Shown here one piece after another: positions 8,068 through 16,715 of a stretch of DNA of 64,000 nt. A program made the translations under genes and the position numbers. Source of the DNA: Dehalococcoidia bacterium (lineage in GTDB: Bacteria; Chloroflexota; Dehalococcoidia; Lucifugimonadales; UBA3495); NCBI GenBank assembly GCA_034428795.1, contig DAOUHF010000071.1, forward strand, positions 19,256 to 83,255. Direction: 5' to 3'. How positions within the stretch are numbered: the stretch's first letter is position 1; every line of letters starts with the position of its first letter. The notes under the pieces are model-generated. The model worked only from the letters and a program-made list of their open reading frames with translations. It had not been told where the DNA came from and did no database searches.

Positions 8068-9063
8068 GTGCCCTGGAATCGTCCCGGCAACTCAACTCAG
8101 ATCTCGGAGGCTAATACGACTACACGAGAATCAGACCGCCCGGCCTACATATTTCCGGGACAGGGGTCTCAACAGGTAGGAATGGGACTTGACCTTTTCG
8201 AAACGTTCCAGTCCTCTAGACAAACCTTTCAAGAAGCTGACGAGAGCCTGGGGTACCCACTAACCGAGTTGATCTTCAACGGTCCGGCTGCCGATCTGCA
8301 AGAGACCATTCATTCCCAGCCGGCGATTATGGCAGTAAGCATCGCAGCGTTGCGGGCTTGGCGGGAAATCCAGGGCTCCGTCCCCGAGCAGGCAATGGCC
8401 GTTGCTGGTCACAGCTTGGGCGAATACACGTCGCTGGTCGCGGCCGAGGTTTTGGACTTCGCCGACGCCCTGAAGCTGGTGCAACGCCGGGGCCAGTTGA
8501 TGCAGCAGGCATCCATTCACCGGCCAGGCGGGATGGCCGCCATTCTGGGTTTGGACGAATTTGCCTTCGACCAGATCTGTGCCGAGACCGGTGTGGAGTT
8601 GGCCAACATCAACACCGACAACCAGGTGGTGATCAGCGGCGACAAGATCGCCGTGGCCCGGGCCATGGACTTGGCCTCGGCCCGGGGCGCCCGCAAGACT
8701 GTCCCACTGCCGGTGAGCGGCGCGTTCCACTCATCTCTCATGCTGGAGGCGGAAGCGGGTTTGATCGAGGCAATGGCAGCCTTGAATTTCAAAGACCCGA
8801 AGATGCCCATAGTAGCCAACTGTGATTCAAGACCGTTGAACACTGGCGACGAAGTCCGCCAGGAATTGGTCAACGGCCTCTGCCGATGCGTCCAATGGAA
8901 GAACTCCGTGAGGTATCTGGTCGATTCCGGGGTTTCACGATTCGTGGAGTTCGGCTCCGGCGGAGTGCTGGCATGTCTTATCAAGCGAATAGACCGGGAA
9001 GTCCAGGTTGCCACGGTAGCCGATTCCGCCTCGATGCGGCGGCTGGCAGGGGAACCCGCTTAG
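8068..9063 (+). CDS. fabD: Malonyl CoA-ACP transacylase
   Basis: AYIFPGQGSQQVGMG, GHSLGEYTSL, VSGAFHS motifs. Start uncertain: no ATG lies near the conserved N-terminus, and GTG 8068 is the nearest canonical start. Confidence 0.85.
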   Translation: MPWNRPGNSTQISEANTTTRESDRPAYIFPGQGSQQVGMGLDLFETFQSSRQTFQEADESLGYPLTELIFNGPAADLQETIHSQPAIMAVSIAALRAWREIQGSVPEQAMAVAGHSLGEYTSLVAAEVLDFADALKLVQRRGQLMQQASIHRPGGMAAILGLDEFAFDQICAETGVELANINTDNQVVISGDKIAVARAMDLASARGARKTVPLPVSGAFHSSLMLEAEAGLIEAMAALNFKDPKMPIVANCDSRPLNTGDEVRQELVNGLCRCVQWKNSVRYLVDSGVSRFVEFGSGGVLACLIKRIDREVQVATVADSASMRRLAGEPA

Positions 9064-9087
9064 ACTCCTCGTTGTCTCTGGTGACCC

Positions 9088-9552
9088 ATGGCCATGGTTA
9101 AGTCCACAGACCACCGGCGAAAGGCAAGAACTGTCGCGTTGCAGTCTCTTTTCGCGTCCGATATTCGGGACAATCGGACGGAGCCGTCTTTCGAATGGCT
9201 GGACGAAGAGGAAGAGGTTGCACAGCAGGCCCTGGAGTTCGCCAACAGGCTTCTGCGCGGCGTTTTTGATGCTCGTCTTGATCTGGACGGTCTGATTGGC
9301 CGCTATGCGCCCGCTTGGCCGGTAAGCCAGCTTTCACCGATCGACCGCAATATCCTGCGCATAGCGTTGTTTGAACTGCTGCATAACCCGGGGACTCCCA
9401 GGAAAACGGCTGTCAACGAGGCCGTGGAGTTGGCCAAGGTTTTTGGCAGCGAGAGCTCCGCCAGGTTCATAAACGGGGTCTTGGGCTCCGTTATGGCCGG
9501 CCTGGAGTCCGGAGAAGTAACTACCACTGAACCTGTGCCTGAAGGGAGATGA
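9088..9552 (+). CDS. nusB: Transcription antitermination factor NusB
   Basis: [10 protein letters not shown]..., [35 protein letters not shown]. Confidence 0.9.
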   Translation: MAMVKSTDHRRKARTVALQSLFASDIRDNRTEPSFEWLDEEEEVAQQALEFANRLLRGVFDARLDLDGLIGRYAPAWPVSQLSPIDRNILRIALFELLHNPGTPRKTAVNEAVELAKVFGSESSARFINGVLGSVMAGLESGEVTTTEPVPEGR

Positions 9553-9556
9553 ACAC

Positions 9557-9817
9557 TTGCCGTCCGTTTATGATCGGGTCAAAGATATAGTAATAGACAA
9601 ATTGGGAGTCGACGAAAGCGAGGTGAACGAATCCGCCTCCTTCGTGGAGAATCTCAACGCCGACTCCCTGGACTTGGTCGAGTTGATAATGGCCTTCGAG
9701 GAGGAATTTTCCACGACGTCGTCACGATTGGAAATCTCCGACGAAGACGCTGGCAGCATTGCCACTATCAACGACGCTGTGGTGTATCTCAAGGCGCACG
9801 GGGTCCAGGATACTTGA
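9557..9817 (+). CDS. acpP: Acyl carrier protein
   Basis: 86 aa, [19 protein letters not shown] (DSLD phosphopantetheine site). TTG start. Confidence 0.9.
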   Translation: MPSVYDRVKDIVIDKLGVDESEVNESASFVENLNADSLDLVELIMAFEEEFSTTSSRLEISDEDAGSIATINDAVVYLKAHGVQDT

Positions 9818-10042
9818 CCCCGGCCAAACCGGACCGCGGTTTCCAATCGCCAGAGCGCCATTCCAGTACCTTGCGGCCGGGTCATAACGGCGGGGGTCGT
9901 CCGCCACCGCAGCGCTCCGCCATCGTCCGGTCGCCGCAGCAGGGTTTTCGGGTGGGACCACGGCATTTCAGAGGAAGGCATCATACAGGTTACGTAAGGT
10001 AAATTCTGTAAAGAAGGGAAGTCGGCGGGAGGTGCGGGGATC

Positions 10043-10810
10043 ATGAAAGACCCGGAGAACCCGGAATCGAACGGCCCGCAACTGGAAAGCCTGGAGGACG
10101 TGGCCCGGACGGTGAGGCAATGCACCGATTGCGCATTGTACCGAGGGAGGAACAACGCAGTACCCGGTGAAGGAAACCCTGAAGCCGAAGTGATGTTCAT
10201 CGGCGAAGGTCCCGGATCCAGGGAAGACCGGGAGGGGCGGCCCTTTGTTGGCCCGGCAGGCCAACTGTTGGAAGGGCTCCTGGCGTCGATGGGCATCAAC
10301 CGTGACGAAGTTTTCATTGCGAACATGGTCAAGTGCCGGCCCCCGGACAACCGGGACCCTTCACCGGATGAAATCGGGGCCTGCGCCAAGTACCTGGACC
10401 GCCAGATAGAGCTGGTCAACCCGAAAGTGATCGTCACACTGGGCCGGTTCTCCCTGGGGAGGTTCTTCCCCGGCGAGAGCATCACCCGGGCCAGCGGCAA
10501 AGTCCGCCAGAAAGACGGGCGAACAATCTTTCCGGTCATCCACCCGGCAGCGGCGTTGCGGCGGAACGAACTGCGCCAGACCCTGATACAAGACTTCCGC
10601 ACCCTTTCCCAGGTGTTGGCGGAAACGGACCGGCCGGCGCCGGCCGCCAGCGGCGGCGAAGCAACTCCGCCCCAGGCAGCCGGCGTGGAGCCGGAGCAAT
10701 TGGGGCTGCTGGGCGGCCCGGTCAACGGCGGGCCGACGGCAGCGGCTATTGGCACGATTGGCATACCCGCCGAAGAGTCGGCCCAACCCGGACAACTGAC
10801 ACTATTCTAG
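10043..10810 (+). CDS. Uracil-DNA glycosylase, family 4
   Basis: CTDCALY..., VPGEGNPEAEVMFIGEGPG, GRPFVGPAGQLL, HPAAALR. C-terminal ~60 aa low-complexity tail. Confidence 0.85.
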   Translation: MKDPENPESNGPQLESLEDVARTVRQCTDCALYRGRNNAVPGEGNPEAEVMFIGEGPGSREDREGRPFVGPAGQLLEGLLASMGINRDEVFIANMVKCRPPDNRDPSPDEIGACAKYLDRQIELVNPKVIVTLGRFSLGRFFPGESITRASGKVRQKDGRTIFPVIHPAAALRRNELRQTLIQDFRTLSQVLAETDRPAPAASGGEATPPQAAGVEPEQLGLLGGPVNGGPTAAAIGTIGIPAEESAQPGQLTLF

Positions 10811-10829
10811 TCTAGGAAAATGTAAAGAA

Positions 10830-12488
10830 TTGTCTTCGCAACTACGCGTCATTCCCCTGGGAGGTCTGGGGGAAATCGGCAAAAACATGATGGCCCTCGA
10901 GTACGGCGATGATATTATCGTCGTCGATTGCGGGGTCCAGTTTCCCGAAGAGGGTATGTTCGGGGTAGACCTCATCGTCCCCGACATCTCCTACCTGGTC
11001 GAACGCGCCGACCACGTCCGGGGCATTTTGATCACCCACGGACACGAAGACCACATCGGCGCCCTGCCGTTCGTTCTTCCCCAACTGTCTGCGCCGGTGT
11101 ACGCCCCCAGGCTGGCCCACGGGTTGATATCCGCCAAGCTGAAGGAGCGCCCGGCCACCCGGGATTTCCGGGTGGAACCCATCGAGCCCGACACTCAATA
11201 CACGTTCGGCGAGAATTTCGGCGCCAGTTGGTTCCGGGTGTGCCACAGCATACCCGACGCCATGGGGATCGCCATCACCACTCCCCTGGGCACCGTAATC
11301 CATACCGGGGATTTCAAGATCGACCATACTCCGGTGGACGGACGCACCTTCGACCTCGCGTCGCTGGCCAACTACGGCACCGAGGGAGTGTTGCTTCTGC
11401 TGTCGGACTCGACGTATGCGGAAGTCCCAGGCTACACCGCCTCCGAGCAGGTGGTGGGTGAAGCGCTGGACCGGGCGATCGCCGAGGCTGAGGGGCGGGT
11501 GATGGTGGCCACCTTCGCTTCGCTGGTCTCAAGGGTCCAGCAGGTAATAGACGCCGCCCAACGGTACGGTCGAAAGGTCGGCATCGTCGGCCGCAGCATG
11601 GTCGATACGGCAAACGTCGCCAGCGAGCTCGGCTACCTGAAGATACCGCCCGGCGTGTTGGCGCCAATGAACGAAATCCGACGCCTTCCTCCGGAGCAGG
11701 TGGTCCTCCTGACCACCGGCAGCCAGGGAGAACCGACCTCGGCGCTGGTGCGGATCGCCAAGAACGAGCACCGGGAGGTGAACATCATCCCCGGCGACAC
11801 GGTAGTGATCTCCGCGACGCCCATTCCCGGCAACGAGCTTCCGGTGAGCCGGACCATCGATAACCTGCTGCGTCAAGGCGCCCGGGTACTATATGACCGG
11901 GTGGCTACGGTGCACGTCCACGGCCACGCCAGCCAGGAAGAGCTCAAGCTGGTGTTGAGCCTGGTGCGGCCCCGATACTTCGTGCCCGTTCACGGTGAAT
12001 ACCGCCACCTCGCCGCCCATGCCAGGCTGGCGTGGGACCTGGGCGTGGCCCAAGGCGGCATCTTCGTACTGGAAGACGGCGACGTGTTGGAGCTGGACGG
12101 AGAAACGGCTTGGTCCGAGGAACGGATCAGCGCCGGTCCCATCTACATCGACGGCCTCTCGGCCCGGGACACCCAGAGCCCGGTGCTCACCCAGCGGCGC
12201 AGCTTGTCCAAGGATGGGGTGGTAGTGCTGGTAGTGAAGGTCGACGGGCGTACCGGGCTGCCCCTGGAACGGCCGGCAGCCTTGGCCAGCGGTTTCATGG
12301 AAGACGCTGAAAGCCAGCAATTGTTCACGGACCTGGGCGCCCTGCTCTTCGAACGACTTTCCGGCGACGGCAATCCCGGCGCTGGCCGGGAGGAGCTCCG
12401 GTCCAAAGTCCGCGAAACTGCCCGTAGCTACATAGCTAGCGAAGCACGCCGGTCGCCTATGATTATTCCAGTAGTTATGGAGGTCTGA
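10830..12488 (+). CDS. rnj: Ribonuclease J
   Basis: LRVIPLGGLGEIGKNM, ILITHGHEDHIGALP (metallo-beta-lactamase HxHxDH), full 552 aa length. TTG start. Confidence 0.9.
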   Translation: MSSQLRVIPLGGLGEIGKNMMALEYGDDIIVVDCGVQFPEEGMFGVDLIVPDISYLVERADHVRGILITHGHEDHIGALPFVLPQLSAPVYAPRLAHGLISAKLKERPATRDFRVEPIEPDTQYTFGENFGASWFRVCHSIPDAMGIAITTPLGTVIHTGDFKIDHTPVDGRTFDLASLANYGTEGVLLLLSDSTYAEVPGYTASEQVVGEALDRAIAEAEGRVMVATFASLVSRVQQVIDAAQRYGRKVGIVGRSMVDTANVASELGYLKIPPGVLAPMNEIRRLPPEQVVLLTTGSQGEPTSALVRIAKNEHREVNIIPGDTVVISATPIPGNELPVSRTIDNLLRQGARVLYDRVATVHVHGHASQEELKLVLSLVRPRYFVPVHGEYRHLAAHARLAWDLGVAQGGIFVLEDGDVLELDGETAWSEERISAGPIYIDGLSARDTQSPVLTQRRSLSKDGVVVLVVKVDGRTGLPLERPAALASGFMEDAESQQLFTDLGALLFERLSGDGNPGAGREELRSKVRETARSYIASEARRSPMIIPVVMEV

Positions 12489-12552
12489 ACCCGGCTACAG
12501 CCGTACAAAAGACTAAAACAGACTAAAACGTAACTGCCACTGGAGGGACGTA

Positions 12553-14778
12553 GTGGCAAGTTCTGTAGGGAAGCAGCGGCAATCGGCCGCCGCGCCATCG
12601 ATCAAAGACACTACCCATGCTATTTCGGGCCCGGCGCGCGATGGCCTGATACTCTTCGCCATCGCCGTGGCGGCCGGTCTGGTTCTCTACACCATCACCG
12701 CCGGCCGGGAGTGGATCGTTCCCCACCTGGCCCAAACCCTGGGCCTCGGTTGGGCCCCGGTGGTCCTTTGGACGGCCTCGGTCGCCATCGTCCTGAGGCA
12801 TAACCGCCGCCTCGTTTTCTCCTACTGGCGCCGCTGGATCACGGGCGCCGTTGCCGTCGCCCTCGCAGTGGGGGTGCTCTCCACCATCGTCCCTTCCGAC
12901 GGACCCTTCGAAGACACCGGCCTCGGCGGTCTGTGGGGGCTGGAAGTCGGCGGGACTCCGCCCGTCCTCGCTGCAGCCAAACTTTTGGCGATCGCATTGT
13001 TAGCCCCAGCCCTGCTGTGGCCCAGAAGTATCGGCCCAGTCTATTACCGGGGCATCCGCCAGGCGTACTTCGCTCTGCGGGCGAGTTGGCGGGTCCTGTG
13101 GATGGCTGGCGCTTACGTCGTACACCAACTGGACCGGTTCGACTGCAAGATGCGTGAGGTCGCCCGCCGCCGTAAGGAAGAGGCCGGGACGCGCTCGCAG
13201 GCCCAGGGAGGAGCCGGACCGCCCGCCCCATCCTCGGCGGGCGGCCCGGAGTCGTCAGTCTGGAACGAGTCCCAACCCGGCATGATACCGACGTGGGACC
13301 CGGGCGAACCCGCCGCCCAAATAGCGGCGCCGGAGAACCCCCCGCCCGCCGCGGACAGTGCTCCATCGGGCAACAAGGATAGCTCCGCCTGGCAATTGCC
13401 GCCCGTCGACTTGCTGGCGCCGCCCGACACTCACCATGCGCCGGCGTCAGCCTTGCAGCAAATGGCGCGGCTGGTGGAAACCACCCTGGGCGACCACGGC
13501 GTCAGGGTAGAGGTTACCGACATCAAGGCCGGCCCCCGCATCGTTCAATTCGGCCTGGTGCCGGGCTGGGTCACCAGGAAAGGCGGAGACTCGAAAGACG
13601 GCGGCGAGCCAGGGGAACGCAGCAGGGTCAAAGTACAGAGCATTCTGACCCGGGAAAAAGACATGGCGCTGGCCCTCAAGACCCCCTACCTCAGGGTGGA
13701 AGCGCCTGTGCCCGGAGAGGCCTTGGTGGGTCTGGAAGTGCCCAATCCGTCTCCGAGTAAGGTCCACCTGCGAGAGGTGATGGAAACGCCGGGTTTCTCC
13801 GGCATGGCCGCCAAAGGCGGCCTGCCAATCGCCATTGGCCAAGACACCGGAGGAGCCGCCGTGGCATTGGACCTGGCTGCCCTGCCGCATATATTGATTG
13901 CCGGGTCAACCGGGGCCGGGAAAAGCGTCATGATCAACTCCATAGTGGCCTCCTTCCTGTTGACCAACGCCCCGGACCAACTGCGCATCCTGATGATCGA
14001 CCCCAAACGCGTGGAGTTGACCCCTTTCAACGGCATTCCCCATTTGATCTGCCCGGTCATCGTCAACGCAGACGAGGCCAACGGCTCCCTTCGGGGGCTG
14101 ATCCGGGAGATGATGCGGCGGTACAAGCTGATGGAGGAGATGGGCACCCGCAACATCGACGGGTACAACAGCCGCTCCAAGGAGAAAATGCCCTACCTGG
14201 TGCTGATCGTGGACGAGCTGGCCGACCTGATGATGGTCGGCGGGTTCGACATCGAGCAAAACCTGGTGCGGCTGGCACAACTGGGCCGGGCCACCGGCAT
14301 CCACCTGGTGCTGGCCACCCAGCGTCCGTCGGTGAACGTGGTGACCGGGCTCCTCAAGGCCAACATCGCCGCTCGAGCCGCCTTCGCGGTAGCGTCCCAG
14401 GTCGATTCCCGGGTGATACTCGACGCCGTGGGCGCCGAGAAACTGATGGGCAAGGGCGACATGCTGTTGCTGCACAAAGAATCGCCCAAGCCGCGACGGG
14501 TCCAGGGCACCCTGGTATACGATCAAGAGATCGAGCAGATAGTGGGGTTTTGGCTGGACCAGAAGGGCCCTCCGCTTCCGGCTATCAACCTCGAAGAAGA
14601 GGAGGAAGAAGGCGGATCGGATGGTCCGGATATCGACGCCCACATGCTGGAGACCGCCCGGGAGTTGGCGGCCCGCAATCCCGACCTCACTACCTCCTAC
14701 CTGGAGCGCCGCCTCAAAATCGGCGGCCGTAAGGCTGATCAGATTATGGAAGTCTTGGGGGAAGAGGGGTTTGTCTAG
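12553..14778 (+). CDS. ftsK: DNA translocase FtsK/SpoIIIE
   Basis: N-terminal TM segments, Pro-rich linker, GSTGAGKSVMINS Walker A, LVLIVDELADLMM Walker B, C-terminal winged-helix gamma-like domain. Confidence 0.9.
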   Translation: MASSVGKQRQSAAAPSIKDTTHAISGPARDGLILFAIAVAAGLVLYTITAGREWIVPHLAQTLGLGWAPVVLWTASVAIVLRHNRRLVFSYWRRWITGAVAVALAVGVLSTIVPSDGPFEDTGLGGLWGLEVGGTPPVLAAAKLLAIALLAPALLWPRSIGPVYYRGIRQAYFALRASWRVLWMAGAYVVHQLDRFDCKMREVARRRKEEAGTRSQAQGGAGPPAPSSAGGPESSVWNESQPGMIPTWDPGEPAAQIAAPENPPPAADSAPSGNKDSSAWQLPPVDLLAPPDTHHAPASALQQMARLVETTLGDHGVRVEVTDIKAGPRIVQFGLVPGWVTRKGGDSKDGGEPGERSRVKVQSILTREKDMALALKTPYLRVEAPVPGEALVGLEVPNPSPSKVHLREVMETPGFSGMAAKGGLPIAIGQDTGGAAVALDLAALPHILIAGSTGAGKSVMINSIVASFLLTNAPDQLRILMIDPKRVELTPFNGIPHLICPVIVNADEANGSLRGLIREMMRRYKLMEEMGTRNIDGYNSRSKEKMPYLVLIVDELADLMMVGGFDIEQNLVRLAQLGRATGIHLVLATQRPSVNVVTGLLKANIAARAAFAVASQVDSRVILDAVGAEKLMGKGDMLLLHKESPKPRRVQGTLVYDQEIEQIVGFWLDQKGPPLPAINLEEEEEEGGSDGPDIDAHMLETARELAARNPDLTTSYLERRLKIGGRKADQIMEVLGEEGFV

Positions 14779-14804
14779 ACAGAATCAAGGCGACATCCGT
14801 TCGA

Positions 14805-14849
14805 GGGGGGCTGGCCGATTTCAATTGGCCAGCCCCTTTGATATTATTT
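14805..14849 (+). terminator. Rho-independent terminator after ftsK
   Basis: GGGGCTGGCC-gatttcaatt-GGCCAGCCCC (10-bp perfect stem) followed by TTTGATATTATTT. Confidence 0.7.
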
Positions 14850-14907
14850 AACCGTTCCCAGACCGTTTCATCTGACACGCATATTCAGCCGGGTTCCGGA
14901 AGCTTCT

Positions 14908-15579
14908 TTGCTCATTGACCTGCATTGCCACACCTACCCCAAGTCAGACGACAGCTTCATGAACGTCGACGACCTGATACACGAGGCCAAGGCCCTGGGA
15001 CTGGACGGAGTGTGTCTGACCGAACACGACATCTTCTGGGCCGCCGGAGAAGTGATGGAGCTCTCGCGCCGCCATGACTTCCTGGTGCTGCCGGGTTGCG
15101 AGATCAACACCGACCCCGGACACGTCCTGGTGTTCGGCCTCGAGCGGTACGAGTTCGGCATGCACCGTCCCGAATACCTCAAGGCGTTGGTGGAGCAGGC
15201 CGGCGGCGCGATCATCGCCGCCCATCCCTACCGCCGCCGGTTCTTGCCCGGTCCGGCCGAAAAGACCGGGGCCAGGGAAGAAATGCTGGAGCGGGCCAGC
15301 AAAGACCGATTCTTCCAATACTGCCAGGCCATAGAGGGCCTCAACGGACGGGGCACCACGGAACAGAACCGGTTTTCCCAAGACCTGGGCGACCGTCTGT
15401 CCGCTCCTTTCACCGCTGGCAGCGACGCCCACCGCGTGGAACAGCTTGGGACTGCTGCCACCGAGTTCCCGGAGAATGTCCGCGGATTGGACGATCTGAT
15501 CGCTTGTCTGCGCGGCGGGGAATACCGTCCAGTGGAATTGCGGCCCAATGGGCTTGTGGCCGGCAGCCGGACAGAGTAG
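14908..15579 (+). CDS. PHP-domain metal-dependent phosphoesterase
   Basis: MLIDLHCHTYPKSDD...GVCLTEHD...AAHPYR...GSDAH motifs. TTG start. Confidence 0.75.
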   Translation: MLIDLHCHTYPKSDDSFMNVDDLIHEAKALGLDGVCLTEHDIFWAAGEVMELSRRHDFLVLPGCEINTDPGHVLVFGLERYEFGMHRPEYLKALVEQAGGAIIAAHPYRRRFLPGPAEKTGAREEMLERASKDRFFQYCQAIEGLNGRGTTEQNRFSQDLGDRLSAPFTAGSDAHRVEQLGTAATEFPENVRGLDDLIACLRGGEYRPVELRPNGLVAGSRTE

Positions 15580-16553
15580 TGGCAATCCTTACGATAGATA
15601 ACCTCCACGTGGAATTCCGTACCCGGGGGGGGACGGTCAAAGCCCTCAACGGAATATCCCTGACTCAAGAGGAAGGGCAGGTCTACTGTGTGGTGGGCGA
15701 GAGCGGGGCGGGAAAGAGCACCTTGGCCCTGGCTATCATGGGACTGCTGCCCCACGCCGCCAGTGTCATGCAGGGAAGCATCTCTTTCCAGGGCGCCGAC
15801 CTGCTGCGGTCGAGCCCGGACTATATCCGCCGACTCCGGGGCCATGAAATCTCCATGGTGTTCCAGGACGCCCAAGCGGCCCTGAATCCGGTGGAGCCCA
15901 TCGGCTCTCAACTGGAAGAGGTGATCCTGCAACACAGCAACCTCTCCCTGAGAAACGCCAACCGGTTGGCCCAAGAGACGCTGCACGAAATGGGACTGCC
16001 CGACCCGCGCCGGGTGATGGGACAGTACCCGTTCGCCCTGAGCGGCGGGATGTGCCAGCGGGTGATGATGGCAATAGCCTTGGTGTTACGTCCCAAGCTG
16101 CTCATTGCCGATGAACCGACCTCGGGCCTTGACGTCACCCTCCAGGCCGACATCCTGGAGAAACTTCGCAACCTGGTCCGGGAACAAAAGTCATCAATTC
16201 TGCTCATTACCCACGACATGGGCGTCGTGGCTTCAATGGCCGACAAGGTGGGAGTCATTTACGCCGGCACCATGGTGGAGCATGCCGACGTTATCCCGTT
16301 GTTCCACCGGGCCCAGCATCCCTACACCTGGTCGGTGCTCCAGTCCTTGCCGCGGCTGGACGAGCCTGGGCGCCGGATCCAGCCACTTCCCGGGGCCCCA
16401 CCGGATATGATGATCCTCCCGGATGAATGCCCATTCCTGCCCCGGTGCTTCAAGGCGATGGGTCGATGCCGCACCGATCCCCGGCCCAGCCTGGCGGAGG
16501 TGGAGCCGGACCACTACGTTGCCTGCTACAATCCGGTGCTGCCGCCAGACTAA
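15579..16553 (+). CDS. ABC transporter ATP-binding protein, OppD/DppD type (no cognate permease or SBP in window)
   Basis: GTG at 15579 overlaps the PHP stop (TAGTG). GESGAGKST Walker A, LSGGMCQR signature, LLIADEPTSGLD Walker B, C-terminal oligopeptide-type HPYT...CPFLPRC domain. The stop codon TAA (16551-16553) lies inside MITE copy 2. Confidence 0.85.
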   Translation: MAILTIDNLHVEFRTRGGTVKALNGISLTQEEGQVYCVVGESGAGKSTLALAIMGLLPHAASVMQGSISFQGADLLRSSPDYIRRLRGHEISMVFQDAQAALNPVEPIGSQLEEVILQHSNLSLRNANRLAQETLHEMGLPDPRRVMGQYPFALSGGMCQRVMMAIALVLRPKLLIADEPTSGLDVTLQADILEKLRNLVREQKSSILLITHDMGVVASMADKVGVIYAGTMVEHADVIPLFHRAQHPYTWSVLQSLPRLDEPGRRIQPLPGAPPDMMILPDECPFLPRCFKAMGRCRTDPRPSLAEVEPDHYVACYNPVLPPD

Positions 16554-16679
16554 GGAACCTCTGAACAAGTTATGGTCATTGAGGCGAAAGCCGAAATCTC
16601 GGAGGAGAGCTTAACGGTATTACCCCCATCCTAACCTTCCCCCATCGGGGGGAAGGGACTTGTTCAGAGGTTCCCTAAC
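16550..16679 (-). mobile_element. MITE-like inverted-repeat element, copy 2 (129 bp)
   Basis: cTAAGGAACCTCTGAACAAGT...ACTTGTTCAGAGGTTCCCTAa. Terminal inverted repeats of ~22 bp. Orientation is opposite to copy 1. Confidence 0.85.
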
Positions 16680-16715
16680 ATCCGCTACCGGTCAACGATG
16701 GGCCATCGCCGAGAC

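Noticed and set aside
8112-8130. TAATACGACTACACGAGAA resembles the T7 promoter (TAATACGACTCACTATAG)
   Set aside because: Only the first 10 nt match and the essential -5 to +1 part differs. There is no phage context and the sequence lies in the fabD 5' region. It is treated as coincidence.
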